A stretch of 64,000 bases of DNA, from assembly GCA_964016885.1 (NCBI GenBank), contig OZ024750.1:1798001-1862000 (forward strand). Reading direction: 5' to 3'. Every line of letters begins with the position of its first letter. Within the stretch, counting starts at the first letter, position 1. This DNA comes from Eledone cirrhosa (taxonomy: Eukaryota). The translations under genes and the position numbers were made by a program. The notes beneath the pieces were generated by a model that did not search any database, was not told where the DNA came from, and saw only the letters and a program-made list of their open reading frames with translations. This document shows, in pieces, positions 16,658 to 32,129 of the stretch.

Positions 16658-16725
<68 letters not shown>

Positions 16726-17555
16726 AGATCAAATGTCAAAGATACAGTCAACAGCACCCTTCAAACTGTTAGTCACCCAACCACTTGTCTACCGTCTCTT
16801 CCCCTCTTACTATTGACGGTGTGAGGGGGGGGGGGGGGATTGGCAGTATCAAACATGTTTTGGGACATAGAGTTACTGCCCTTTGCGTTCTGAGTTCAAA
16901 TCCCGCCGAGGTAAAATTTGCATTTCATCCTTACGGGGTTGATAAAATAAAGTACCAGTAACACACTGGGGTCGATTTAATCGACTTTCTCTTTCCACAA
17001 AATTGTTGGCTTTGTGCCTAAATCAGAAACCATTGTCATTATAGATCGGCAGTATCGGTAGACCATCGCTGCATAGGGTTATGGCCCTTTACGTACTGAT
17101 TTCAAATCCTGCTGAGGTTAGCTTTGCCTAAATCAGAAACCAGTATCTACATTGTTGATAAAATAAAGTACCAGTAAAACCCTAGGGTCAATTTTTCGAC
17201 TTTTCCTTCACCCAAATTGTTGGCCCTAAATCAGAAACGATTAATATATTGGTATGGCAGAAAGGGAAATTACTCCGATAAATTATGTCAACAACAGCAG
17301 GATGCCAGATGCTTGATATAGATTACTATACAAAGGATAAAAAAATAAACGACTTATATGGAAATAAATACTTAATAGAGAGTAGGCGGAACTAATAATA
17401 TTCAGAAATATTTAAACGTATAGACACGCGTCATTCGCAGAGTCCTCATATTATTCGTCTACATCACACGAACAAAAAAAACTGTTATGTAAGTATACAT
17501 TTCTGTACTTTTATTTTCTTTCTTCTGTATAATACCTATTGCTTTCTATTTTTCA

Positions 17556-17707
<152 letters not shown>

Positions 17708-17939
17708 CAAATTGAAGGATGAGTATTTAAACTTTATTTTATTCAGAGTTAAGGCTCTATTGATTTTTCCCTGGATTTCACAAACTTCTATGGATTAATC
17801 TATGTCTTCATTCTTTTTGAATTGAGTTTGAATTATTTTCCCACATCTTACGTTAACTATTTTTCCATTTTGACGTTATAGTCAGTTATATATTATGAAA
17901 TACTGTTGGCTTCACGCTCACCATAATTTCTATACTTTC

Positions 17940-18024
<85 letters not shown>

Positions 18025-18132
18025 CGTGTGTGTGTGTCTGTGTGTGTATATATAAATTTGAGAATGTGTTGGTTGTTTATATAGATTCACACAGACACAC
18101 ACACATACACACATAAATATATATATATATAT

Positions 18133-19050
18133 ATAGAAAGATTTGAATGGATACAGTTTAGTTGAAAGGAATTTATTGACACGTGTTTCTATAACAGTTA
18201 CATAACCTAAAACAGCTGCTATCTACAAACTTTTAGTTATGCAGACATTCAATATTTCAATGTTATTATTTACTGTCATTTCATCAGAATAATATTACTG
18301 AGGACCTATTTAGTTTTTATAGAGAATATTAGGAGGGAGGGGTGAAGTTGTTAGAAGAATAGTTGAAGGAGTGGTTTTTCGATAGCAGTGAGAATTCTTG
18401 GTGGCAGTGAGTAATTAGATTCCCATCTGTTGTTTTGACATTTTTTATAGAATATATTATTGGTTATTTTTCTAAATCTATAGAAGGATTAGAGATAGTA
18501 AAGATATGCGTGGTTGGTTTTGTGTTTGCACTTAATTAACATTCAGACTTAAATTTTTCTTTCAAGTGTACGTATCCTTTCACCCACGCATTCACAAACA
18601 AATATATTTGCACACCTCTACAAAATACATATACTCACAATTCACATATTCATACTTACATATATATACACATGCATACACATATATAAAAACCATAAAA
18701 ACCACTCCTTCAACTATTCTTCTAACAACTTCACCCCTCCCTCCTAATATTCTCTATAAAAACTAAATAGGTCCTCAGTAATATTATTCTGATGAAATGA
18801 CAGTAAATAATAACATTGAAATATTGAATGTCTGCATAACTAAAAGTTTGTAGATAGCAGCTGTTTTAGGTTATGTAACTGTTATAGAAACACGTGTCAA
18901 TAAATTCCTTTCAACTAAACTGTATCCATTCAAATCTTTCTATTTTTCTCCGGATTACTTTTGGAACTACAACTGGAACCGTCGAGCAAACTCTACGTGA
19001 GCTGATAATCTACTGTGTGTAATATTTATATTACAACACAACGGAAAATA

Positions 19051-19053
<3 letters not shown>
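18133..19053 (+). mobile_element. 5'-truncated Penelope-like insertion with inverted pLTR
   Basis: 247-bp inverted arms 18133-18379 and 18697-18943; hammerhead-like core at 18789-18825; decayed LINIQT*IFSFKC-like GIY-YIG ending in the spacer; TA flanks. Confidence 0.7.
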
Positions 19054-19099
<46 letters not shown>

Positions 19100-19205
19100 C
19101 ATATATATATAAACGCACGTACACACATACATACATATACACACATACATACATACATACATACATACATACATACATACATACATACATACATACATAC
19201 ATACA

Positions 19206-19236
<31 letters not shown>

Positions 19237-19604
19237 TCATAAATACATACATATATTAAGACATAAACATTGCAAATATATGTTATTGTTCATAAGTATT
19301 CTAATTACAATTTCGGGTGGGAAATTAAAAGGTATTTTCGCTGGCTCAATATTTTATCGTGCTTCACCAGATCTCTCTCTAGATGTGGAAATTACTGTTT
19401 CCAACAGATGTGGACTAAGGTTTCAAATGGTATCCGAGCAACAGTGACTGAGAGACTGACAAGTAACAGAGATTAGAGACTATAACTTGAGCTTTCCCTG
19501 ATAATATTGAAGCTGTTTTTCTTCGTTTTCTTCTTCTTCTTCTTCTTCTTCTTCTTCTTCTTCTTCTTCTTCTTCTTCTTCTTCTTCTTCTTCTTCTTCT
19601 TCTT

Positions 19605-19843
19605 TGTGTCTCAATCATTGATGCTATTTAACTGGAAAGTTTGTTGAAATGAATATCAAGCCTCAGACATTCAGCACGTATCGGAGGGTTCTTGCTGTTC
19701 CCATTAAGCATGCCTTTTGAAGTGTTCCAAAAAACGGGGCTGGACTAATCTTCTTTAACCATCCCTGGAAACTCTTTGAGATAGTACCTACAGCTCCTAT
19801 GACAATCGGGATGACTTTGATCTCATGGCAGTTCCAAATCCTT
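19605..19843 (-). mobile_element. 3' end of an R4/Dong-like RLE non-LTR retrotransposon
   Basis: IWNCHEIKVIPIVIGAVGTI...LQKACLMGTARTLRYVL*; flanked by (TAA)n and (GAA)n. Confidence 0.75.
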
Positions 19844-20357
19844 TTATTATTATTATTATTACACTGTTGAATATTTTCCTAAATGTAAACTTTAACGAAG
19901 ATAATCTATAAAAATGTCAACATTTTCAGTATGTAAAGCTTATGAAGTACTTATTGTTAGAAATATTTAAATAACGATTATGTATATAGATATATATTAA
20001 TGAGCCAGTATATTTTAGGTAAATGATAACGAATATAAAGTAATAGATGCTAAAGTTAAATAGATACCTATATATATGCTAAAGTTAAATAGATACCTAT
20101 ATATAACAGGGTGTAAATGCATGAATTATTCGTAGTTCAAAATAAATAATAATCTAGAAATTTAGAAGTTATCTAAAGATTATGTATAGAGAGATATAGG
20201 GAGGTATATAGATATATATTAGGTATTAGTGATACAGTATACTTTAGGTAAATGATAACGATTATAATCTTATATAAAGGATTTCGACGTGTTACAGTTA
20301 AATACATACATATATATAAGAAAAACAATATTAAATGCATGGATAATTCAGAGTTCA

Positions 20358-20526
20358 AACCACAGTAAGGCACTCAATACAAAGCAGAGTATAAATATTT
20401 AATATAGAAAAGCTTCTACAGGACTAGAACTGTTTCATTCGTGAGAAATCATCAGAAAGCTGACTCAGCTTTCTGATAATTTCTCACGAATGAAACAGTT
20501 CTAGTCCTGTAGAAGCGTTTCTATAT

Positions 20527-20533
<7 letters not shown>
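20358..20533. mobile_element. Fold-back element, family A
   Basis: About 69-bp arms centred on 20464; homologues at 3362-3510, 5100-5235, 37578-37782 and 48199-48302. Confidence 0.7.
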
Positions 20534-20605
<72 letters not shown>

Positions 20606-21017
20606 CGAAAATGGTGTAATAGGATACCAGGTGGACCATTAAATATAGTACCAGTAATGTATTGTGCCAAAAGTAGAAACAATTATTATTATTATTTGGC
20701 AGTATCGGTAGAGGGTCGGACACCAACACCATGCTTTGCAGCATAGAGTTACGGCCCTTTGCGGTCTGAGTTCAAATCCCGCCAAGGTTAACTTTGCCTT
20801 TCATCCTTACGGGGTCGATAAAATAAAGTACCAGTAATGTACTGGTGAATTTGCTGGCCTTGTGCCAAAAGTAGAAACAATTATTGATATAACGTTCATG
20901 CATGCTCCCGTAACTGTTTGGGTGAGGTTGGTAGCTCTGAAGTAAACCAATTGAATTATCTTTTACAATGATATTAATTGTCCTTGTTTTAAATAGTTTT
21001 CCTTTTCTTTATTTCAG

Positions 21018-22152
21018 GATATTTGACTCAATAGCGGAGTTCGCCTCTTTGTCGAAACTTGTAGGCAACTGTGATGATGATATCATTGACCGAATTAATC
21101 ACATTTACACAGTCTTGTGTTTGGTCATATTTTCGATCGTGGTAACAGGTGGTACTTATATAGGAAATGCTATTACTTGCTACCTTCCTAAAGAAGGACA
21201 AGATGAGCGAGATTATATCGAAACATACTGTTGGACAGGACCACTTTACCATGTGCCAGATAGCATTGCAAACTTAAATAAACATCGGGACGTCATTCAT
21301 TATTACTTATGGGTTCCGATAATTTTACTATTTCAAGCCCTTTTATTTAAAATACCGAATATAATTTGGCAAATGACAAACAAAGGTTCAGGTATGAATC
21401 TACAAAAAATTGCTCAACTATCGGAACAGACACAACTAGGATCAGAAAAGGACCGTAATGAAACTATAATACACATCGGCGAATATATAAATCGGTGGAT
21501 TTTATCCAATAAACGGAGGAGCCGCAATATCATCTCTCTAATCACACCAGGTCGTGGATCGTATCTCACCATAATGTATTTTATCATGAAATTATTATAT
21601 TGCCTAAATGCAATATCTCAGTTCTTCTTGCTGAATTTTCTTTTACAAATTGATTTTGCCAGTTTTGGTTTGAATGTATCGGAATATGTACACAATACTG
21701 AAGTAATGTTTAATGATTCGATATTCCCACGGCTTGCATATTGTGATTACAAATTTCGACAATACGATGAGGTAAAAAAGCTGAAAACACAGTGTGTTTT
21801 GCCTATAAATGTTTTGAACGAAAAAGTATTTTTATTTTTATGGTTCTTGTTTGCTGTAGTAAGCGGACTTTCTATTATTAACTTACTTGGGTGGATCTAC
21901 AGGATGGTTTCTAAAAGAAGTTATGTGAACTATATTTTTAAATATCTGACAATCAATGACATAGGCACGGATAAAGTCTTGAAAGACAGATGTTTGGAAT
22001 TTGCAGATGATTACCTTAAACATGATGGTGTTATGTTACTGAGAGTCGTCGGAAAGAATTCAACTGACTTGGTTGTTTCAGACCTTGTTAAATATCTTTG
22101 GTCAGTTTTCAATAAAGAAAATCCACAAAAAAAGAAACTTGAAACTGCGTAG
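21018..22152 (+). CDS. inx: Innexin (gap-junction protein), main coding exon; start codon probably split AT|G with an upstream exon (candidate donor after 17488)
   Basis: ORF has DDDIIDRINHIYT, ITCYLP...ETYCW, YYLWVP..LLFQA, FPRLAYCD and CVLPINVLNEKVFLFLWF. A polypyrimidine tract plus ttcag acceptor ends at 21017, so the N-terminus shown in the ORF track is intronic. Confidence 0.95.
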
Positions 22153-22203
22153 ATTAATTTTCCTTGAACACTACAACATTCCTTTAATAATTTTATACTA
22201 AAT

Positions 22204-22850
<647 letters not shown>

Positions 22851-23323
22851 TTTTCAAAAGGATGATGGGAGTTCCACTCTTTTATATTATATATATATAT
22901 ATACATAGATAATTGTATATAAATGAGTGTATGTATGGTGTGCGCACGCGTGTTTGTGTGCTTGTGTGTTTGTGTGCGTGTATGTGTGCGTGGGGGGGGG
23001 GGGTAAACCAACATTCGAATCCACGGAGACGCCGGCCGCGAAACACGAGCATCGCTAACAACGCAGAGAGAATCCTTTATTTTTGTCACTCTTTTATATA
23101 AATAACATTTAAATTGTACAGATATTTTTGTAATAAAAGTTTCGTCGATTTATATTCTTATGTCGTTAATTATATTGTCAGACCAATTTTGAAAATTGGC
23201 AATATGCATAAATCTTCGGGATTCTGGGATTCAATATTGAAAATAAATAAAAATTATAAATGCAGAATTGTTTTCGTTTTTACATTTTCAGTTTGCTGCT
23301 ATTTGGTTGTATATGACCAATAG

Positions 23324-23516
23324 AGACCTGTCAACTCTCCCCGTCCGACGGGGAAATTTGCAATAGCTTTTGGGGTGGGGGAGAGATGACTTCTCTTGGG
23401 AAAATGGGTATAGCTTTCATTATGTAAAATCTCCCCATTTTGCCTAATTTTCTTCCCATTTTAGCGGCACTTTTTCATAGTATTCCTCCTTTGGGTTTTT
23501 AGAGGTTGGCAGGTCT
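23324..23516. mobile_element. MITE with agacctg(t/c)caac TIRs
   Basis: Copies at 5440-5526, 33240-33433 and 54915-55050. Confidence 0.65.
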
Positions 23517-24099
23517 ACTACTATTGTCAACTCAATGTGCATGTACATACAAATCTTTATATTCTGTGCTCTCAACCTCTACCACTTTCGTACAATTATA
23601 TGTCATTCCATGAAAAACAATTTTCCCACGGGTTTTCTATTTACCTATAATTTACTTCATGTTCATCAAAGCAAATGCAACTACTAATTAGTTACCATTT
23701 GCTCTAATTTTCACTCCATAAACATAACACTATAAATAAAAACTACAGCTGGCATATAACCATTGCGGAGAATAAGTAGAATATTATTTACGAGGTTTCC
23801 CATTACTGACAAAGTAGAAAAGGAAATATACTATATTTCTCATAACCAAAAAAAAAAAAATAAGGGAGAAAGGAGGCAAACACGATTATTTCTTTCGTCA
23901 ACAAGTGCCGACATCCTTTAAAAAGTCATTACAAAATAACATCTTTGTTAGAACACTTCTTTAATTTGAAGTGTAAGCACATTTATCCCATACAATTATA
24001 TATGTATAACATATTTTAATAAAGAACAATTTTAGAATTAAAAAAAATCTAAGTAGGAAATTTCGTTAAGATCTATAAGTTTTTCGAAAAAAAAATATC

Positions 24100-25400
24100 A
24101 AGCACCCAAATACTACATATATATAAATTAATATTACGCAGAATTTTAACAAACACTTTAAACATCATCGCTAAATTCATTTGTATAAGTGAGCCGAAAG
24201 AGGTGAAGTTTTTTTTATGCACTTTGTAAAATATTGTAGACTTGTGAAATTGACACTTAGGGTTTTTATTGAAGTTCAATGGGTTAGTGAAAAACGTTAG
24301 TAGGGAGATTAGGATTCTAGAGAAGAACGTTTCGTGTTGGCGAATTAGATACAGTAAGAATGAAGCAGTATGAGAGATAAGTAGTGAGGTTGATATTAAG
24401 TGGTAACACTATCTAGAAACAGCTTTGATAAGAGAAACCTTGTCAATTAGCGGAATCGTCTTCTTTTAGATCCAGTTTATTATTTTATATGTAGCAATCA
24501 CATCGTCTCGTACACGTGAACAAATTTCCATGGTGGATTATATGTGAGCTGTAAGGGAATTAACAATTGAGGTGTGTTAGAGTATTTTATAGTCCTGCAG
24601 AGAAATCCTAGTCTTAGTAATTCTGTGTTAGTAATGTCATTGGTACTCCTGAGAGAGCGTGGGAGATTGTGTCCTGGTGTTTGTTATAACTCTGGAGGGC
24701 TTTGATTGAACATTGTTCAGCCTGGATTATGTGTGTTACGAAGTTATTTTGTAGATGTATGATGTAACCATGTATTTGAGATATCGAAAGGATCTAGCTT
24801 GCCATATCCGTGTTCTCACGCTCTCTGTTCATAAAGTTTGAATATATCTGGTATGATAAATCTGGTATGATATATCTGGTATGATATCTGGTATAGGACT
24901 GAGTAATGCTTAAATATGACATCAAGAACGTCAGTAATATACGAACGAAAAAGTGTGTGAAACGATACAGAAACCTGAAGTTCGCCTGCGTCTGTGTGTG
25001 CGTAAGATAGAGTTTGTTACAATATATGCCGCAATGGTGATACCTGACGTGAATGTTCCGTTCTAAAAGATGAGAGTCTGCTGTAGAGATTGAATCTGAA
25101 ACGTCTTTAAGATTTAATTTCAGATACAGTCAAATAGTTTGACAATTTTCTTTCGCCGAATATCTCAATAAGAAGAAATCCACGCCGAATAACATAGATG
25201 GATATATCTTTGATAGAGCTGGATCTACTGATTAGAGGCGAATGCACAGAGTATTGAAGAAGGATGTTGTTCGGAACTGCTTCTATCAACTTTAAGATGG
25301 TGAAACTTTAAGAATTTAAATGAGAGAGACCGCGTTGTACTGTGGCTGGTCAAATTGATCTCCATTTTTGGTGATGAGATATATTATAGGTGTTTCCAAA
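24100..25400 (-). mobile_element. Highly decayed CR1/L2-type LINE reverse transcriptase
   Basis: QVSVSFHTLFRSYITDV (cf. QGSVLGPxLFxxYxND), AVPNNILL, SNYL. Confidence 0.5.
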
Positions 25401-25466
25401 GTTTTAAAGCATACTCCTAGAAGGAGAGGGGGAGATAGAGAGAGAGACAGAGAGAGAGATAGAGAG

Positions 25467-25562
<96 letters not shown>

Positions 25563-25706
25563 TGAATGGTTTAGCAACAGATTGAAGGTGATAGAAGCAG
25601 GTGGTGTTAGGTAACTAGGGAATAGTAAATTTGTGACAAGTATGTGTAGATAAGGGTGGGATTGATGAGAAGGAGTTGAGGTGGGTTCAGTGAGTTGGTG
25701 TGTTCA

Positions 25707-25737
25707 TGATGACGATGATCATGACGATGATCATGAC

Positions 25738-25769
<32 letters not shown>

Positions 25770-25990
25770 CGACGATGATGATGATGATGATGATGATGGT
25801 GATGATGACGATGGTGATGGTGATGGTGATGATGATGATGGTGATGATGATGGTGATGGTGATGATGACGATGATGATGGTGGTGATGATGGTGATGATG
25901 ATGATGACGATGATGATGATGATGGTGATGATGATGATGATGATGATGATAACTACGACGGCGGTAATGATGGCGATGATGATGATAACC
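25707..25990. repeat. (GAT)n-derived microsatellite
   Basis: Direct inspection. Confidence 0.95.
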
Positions 25991-26589
25991 ACGACAATAC
26001 TCATTGTAACCAGCAGAGCACTAAAATGTAGAAGTCACTGTAAAGTTTCGAACAAAAGACTTTTTATGTATATTTATGATGTTTTCCGTTAGAGGTCAAA
26101 TCCTACCAGGATACTATTTATTAGTCATTTAGTATATGATCAATTTAATTAGCAATAAAGTTTGGTGATAATAGTGAAACCATGGGCCAAATAACTAATT
26201 ATTAATACGATTATTATAATTACAAGATGGTAGGCGACGGAACAGAGAAATACAGATTATTAAACTGATAATTTTCATTATTTAATTAATCTTTGAGGTT
26301 GGTAGATTAGTAGTGTCAGTAGAGCATCAGACACCCTGCTTCGTGGCAGAGAGTTACGGCCCTTTACGTTCTGAGCTTAAATCCTGCCGAGGTTAGCTTT
26401 GCCTTTCATCCTTACGGAGTCGATAAAATAAAGTACCAGTAATGCACTAGGTCGATTTAATTGACTTTCCTTTTGCCCCAAATTGCTGGCCTTGTGCCTC
26501 AATCAGAAACCATTATTTAATTAACCTTTGAACTCAAATTCCGCTGACATAGGATTTTTCTTTTATCCTTTCGACTTCTTCTTCACCCA

Positions 26590-26930
26590 ATTATTACTGA
26601 GTGGGTCAGAGTCCTCAAACACTCCTTCTAGCGAGTCCTGTCAGAAGCAACAGACTCCAATTGATCCGCCAGAGTTTCCCAGGAAGATCAGTCGAGCTCA
26701 TGGATGTTATCCACCCATCTTGCTCGGGGTCTACCCCTGGGTCTCCTGCCGGTTGGTTTTGCCAGTAAAATCTGTCCAGCGATTCTTTCCAGAGATATTC
26801 TAACCACATGTCCATAGTATCGGAGCTGTGATCTCTCAATTCGGAGAAGTAGCGGTTCTAACTGGAGTGACTTTCTGATCTCCAAGCTAGGCACTGTATC
26901 TAGTAATGTTATTCCAAAGATCCTTTCGTG
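26590..26930 (-). mobile_element. RTE LINE 3' fragment
   Basis: QLRYYGHVVR...GRRPRGRPRARWVDNI. Confidence 0.8.
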
Positions 26931-28744
26931 GAAAAATAAATACTAGTTATATTTTTGGATCGATTAAATCGAACGTATTCCTCTCTTTAAAAATAGTGGT
27001 CTTGTACAAGAAGCAGGAAACATTATTACCTTGGCCGGATACGGTCTGAGTTCAAATGCCGCCGAGGTTAACTTTGCCTTTCATCCTTACGAGGTCGATA
27101 AAATAAAGTACCAGTAATGCACTGGAATAATTGCTGACCTTGTGCGAAAAGTAGAAACAATTATTAGGACAGAAACATTCTAGAAACAGTTGAACATTGG
27201 GCATGATTCCACATCTCGACTTCCAGTACATGTTCACTTCCAATTTTGCCTTGTGTTCCTTTAAGAAAGACTAATAAAATATATATGGAGGAGCACGACG
27301 ACACAATAAGCTCTATATTAGATCTATAAAGATCAGTTACGACTCTTTTCTTTATCATCAAGTATAATTTAATTCTAAATATTTTCTTTTATTAACAAAT
27401 CATTCTAAATCTACATACGATGGTCAGCTGAAAAGTTCATAAGCTGACCAAGATACTCTCATAGAATGATCAAATGAGGTTTATTTTTCAACATAGTTCA
27501 TGGAGAGACATAATCCAGTTAATAATAAGAAGGGTTGAAATGAATGGATGCAAGATTTCAAAGCTCTAGCATCAGTAAAATACACGAGGGTCGGTTGAAA
27601 GATTCATAAGCTGACCAAAATACTCTCATGGAATAACCAAATGAGGTTTATATTTCAACATAGTCTCTGGAAAGACACAATGCAGTAATTGATTCGAAGA
27701 GTTGAAATTAATACATACAAGATATCACAGCTCTAGCATCACTCCTTCATAGTAAACCTATGACTTTTCAGCCGACGCTTGTATAGAAAATTCGGGGGGA
27801 AGTGATAAAATGATGTCCTGAGTAAGTTGCGGTATTTGCTTCACTAATAAGGCAATCATTCGAAATTTACATACAGGGATCAATCAGGTACCGTTTGTGT
27901 TGTTCATGTTATTACACTGTTGTCTCCATTTTTTTTCTATCCCTTCACTTTATCCATTTCATTACCCGATCTTTAGTGAAACGTAATGTTTATATAAAAG
28001 AGAAGTACACCAAAAGAGGGTTGATGGTCACGGTTGGAACAACTTTGGAATAGAAAATGATGGGTTGGAATAGAGCGCCGTCAAAATATGGAAATCTGGA
28101 TTACTGTTTAAAGGGGGATGGATGAAAATACTTGGTGAGTGTGTGTGAGTGAGTGTGTGTGGGTGCGTGTGTGTATGTAAGCCTGTGTATGTGTCTGTGT
28201 GTAAATGTATGTGTGTAAGCATGTGCGTGTATGAGAAGTAGACTGGAATAATGTTTATTTGGTATATGTATGATATACAGACACACAAGCTAGACATTAA
28301 TAATTGAGACTAATAACCACAAAATAGAAAAAAATCTCTTTAATATATACAAACATCAAGACTATGGAAGGTAAATAGTTATATAAATCTGTCTATTTAC
28401 TATCTCCATCATATCAGAGATATTTTTCCATACTTACAATTCACAGAAAGTAAAAATCGAAAAATGAACACATTCCAAATTACATGTAAAAGTACGTAAA
28501 ATATATTATTGATAAATATGTTACTGGCACAAAATGGTTAATGACACAAATGGAGTCTGGCAGGTTTTACAATATCTATTCAAAAGAAGAAATTTTTCTA
28601 GAAACACCCAAGAGAATATCACACACCTATATATACGTATTTACTTTCACCCACACAAATATGTGTGAGTGTCTTTCTATAAAGGTGAATTATTTTGAAT
28701 GTGCCTCGTAGAACCTTTGTATTTTATTTTATTTGTTATATATC

Positions 28745-29891
28745 TCAAATACTCTTCCAATGATTATGTTGAATCATTTTAGTTTTCCATAGATATTCCA
28801 CCAAGTCTGACAACACAAAATATGATGAATTCTTTCCTATAATTCTTAAAACCAATATTCCGTCGTTTTTAAGATATTCATCAGCAAATAGTTTACATTC
28901 TTCTTTGTCCATTTTTGTATTTCCATAGCCTTTAGATTTTAGGAAACTGAAAATAAAGTTAATGTAGCTCTGCTTTGCTAGTAATCTATACAACCAGATT
29001 AATAGACTTAAACAACTTAAAATAGCCACAATCGTGAACCAAAACCATAAAAACGTGAATATTTTCTCATTAAGAACGTTAATTGGAAGTAGACACTTGG
29101 CCTTCAATTTTATATTGCTATCTTGTTGTCTTACATAAAAGTTACAGTAAGCAACTTTCGGGAAATAATATGATGTAGAGTTAGAATCTTGCACCATGTT
29201 TAAACCAAATGTCGTAAAGTTTAACTGCAAGATAGATGAAAGTAAAAAGTATTGTCCGATGACATTCAAAAGGTACCATATTTTACTCATCAGATAAATT
29301 CCGGACAAGTATGTACCACGGTGCTTATTCACTGTGAACATATGAAAACAATTCACTGTTCTCTGAGAAATTATAAGTTTATGAAGTTCCAGTTTTCTGT
29401 TAACCATTATCCATTTGTGAATATAAGAACCCATTTGTTTAACGTAATTAATTCTCTGATCTTCTGATGTCATCTGAGTATCGTTTGAAATTTTAACTAA
29501 CTTATCTATATTCAATCCAGAAGTTCTATTCATCATCAACCAGAAATAATTGGGAGCTTTGAATAAAAATGCTTGGAATAATAGAATTATGGGAACCCAG
29601 AGATAATAATGAAGAATAGTGGCGTGTTTCATTTCACTTAGACTTTTGTCGTCAGGTATATGATACATAGTACCGATCCAGCACACACTTTCAAGAAATT
29701 GACGATCTGACGAGCGTAACAGTAGTGGTCTCCAACAACTGATTCCTTGTTTTATATAAGTACCAGAAGTGATGACAATTGAAAATATCAATAGCACCGC
29801 GACTGTATATATATGATTTAATTTATCAATTATGTCATCGTCACCGGTGCCAAGGAGCCAAATCTTTACTTTTTTCACTGCTTTAGTAACC
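28745..29891 (-). CDS. inx: Innexin paralogue, main coding exon; start codon probably split AT|G
   Basis: Motifs DDDIIDKLNHIYT, ISCW...ESVCW, YYLWVP, FPKVAYC, CLLPINVLNEKIFTFLWFWF. A tttcag acceptor precedes 29891. Candidate AT|gtaagt donors lie at 32319 and about 32503. Confidence 0.95.
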
Positions 29892-30087
29892 CTGAAATTA
29901 CAGAATAGAAATATTATTACTCAATTAATATTTAAAAACAAAAAATTGTATGAAACAGAATTATCTATGATATTAGCATTTTGGTTTTAAACTAATTTCA
30001 CTTGTAATATAATTTTATTTGCGTTAATGCTTTTATCGGTGTAATATAGTGTCACGTGTGTACAATTAGATCAAACGCTTTCGTTCG

Positions 30088-30325
30088 TGAGATAACGTGA
30101 GGTAATGTGATATAACGTGAGATAATGTGAGATAACGTGAGATAACATGAGATAACGCTAGGTAACGTAAGATAACATGAGATAACATGAGGTAACGTGA
30201 GGTAACATGGGATAACGTGAGCTGACATGGGATAAGGTGAGCTGATATGAGATAACGTGAGCTGACATGAGATAACGCGAGATATCATGATAAGGTGAGA
30301 TAACATGAGATAACAGGAGATAACA
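30088..30325. repeat. 10-bp tandem repeat (GAGATAAC(G/A)T)n
   Basis: About 23 degenerate units. Confidence 0.9.
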
Positions 30326-31102
30326 GCTGCCTAAACTGAGCGCTATCCAATTGGACTGATGCTATTAACTGCAACCCGTACATCAGGGGATCTACGCTAG
30401 AAGAATCAAATCCCAGTTTATCAAGTATGCCCAGCAACACAATATAACACCGAATTAGCCGCCATGTTCCCTAAGGCCGACTCTGTGTAGACTATTCTAA
30501 CTACTTAAAGGTTTGATTATTCTCCGCCAAATACTTAATACTTACAATTAAAAAATCTTCATGAGGAACAGCACTATTTACTGGTTGGCGAAGTACCTGT
30601 CAGGTCACCAAGGTTACATAGTGCACAATAGCAGCACGTGCTAATGCACATTATCTCAAATGATGCTGTAGAATGATACTTCCTGCATATTTAATTTGTT
30701 GACGTCCTCCACACACCCATAAAAGTATGCAAGCAAGCTAATACTGCAATAACATCACAGTTACTGCAGTTTTTATTGAAATATGGCTCCAAACAATTAA
30801 ACTTAATATAGAACAACTACGGCCAACCCTTCCCTTCTAACAAGCCACACCAACGAATACCAAGGACAACTTACCATAACACTTAAAAACATAAACTTAC
30901 TCAAATATTAGGAACTGTCTCTAAAAACTCTGTAATATTTAAAAGATCCACAGCGGACAGCAATAGCCCCTAACACTAAACACATATAAACAACAGCGCA
31001 GATCACAAATCTACACAGCCCCTAATGCTAAACACATTTATAACAACAACTCAGATCATTAAGACGACATTACTTCACACCACTAACTCTATATATAACA
31101 AC

Positions 31103-31190
<88 letters not shown>

Positions 31191-31959
31191 ATTAATGTAT
31201 GTATATATATATATATGTCAGTAGAATGACCATCTCATTCTTACTCTTGTGTTGCCATGTAAACGGAACTGCAGACACTAATGTTTCTGGGTATTACCCT
31301 TCATCAGTACAGTTCACTGATCACCTGCCAACTGTCAGAGCTAGTGAAAATATATGCAAACGAATCGAATATTATTATTAATATTCGAAAAACTCAGATT
31401 ACATTTATTATATTCAGCCATGTAGAGCGAAAATTTATGCATATATATATATAAATAGTTTCTGTCTACCAAATTCAACTCACAGAACATACAGCATTGG
31501 TCAATCTGAAATTATTTTATATGATCCATGCCCTAGATGCCATGCAGTGGGACTGACCACGAATCTACTTGCTTGCGAAATGGAATCTTGACCACATAAC
31601 CATTTATCAGTCAAATATACTGTTGTACATATTGGTATGTCATTGCATTAAAATAACAGAAATTCCAATTAAAGAAATATGATTGTTTTACATAATTATC
31701 TCCTATCCTAACCTATCTTAACATACTATACGCACCTCATATTTAACCATCCTAAAAAATAAATTATTGTTTTAATTCCTGCTAATTTATCAATGCATTA
31801 TATGTAAATGGTGTAATTATGTATGTGAGTCTATCGGAACACACACACTGCAAATTCCTTCTCTGCCTCTCTTATAGACAAATATATACAGTATAGATTG
31901 TAATAAATACATATTAGAATTACATACAAAATAATATGCGTATTTCTTTACGTGAACTA

Positions 31960-32129
31960 TACCGTATTTATCGGCATATAACACGCACTTTTCTTTCTTA
32001 ATATTCAGTGCCTGCGTATACGCGCACAACACCTTTTTTAAGCCTTTCATTTTATATAATTGTTTTTTACTTAACCTTCTTTCTCAAATTTAAGGTGCGT
32101 GTTATACACCGATACCGATAAATAGAGTA
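31960..32129. mobile_element. pogo/Tc1-type MITE
   Basis: TIR taccgtatttatcggcatataacacgcac with an imperfect complement at the right end. Confidence 0.6.

Noticed and set aside
20968-21017. ORF-track N-terminus of innexin 1
   Set aside because: Reads through the polypyrimidine tract and acceptor; almost certainly intron.
30088-30325. Regular short repeats that might suggest a CRISPR array
   Set aside because: Contiguous 10-bp units with no unique spacers, no cas genes, eukaryotic context.
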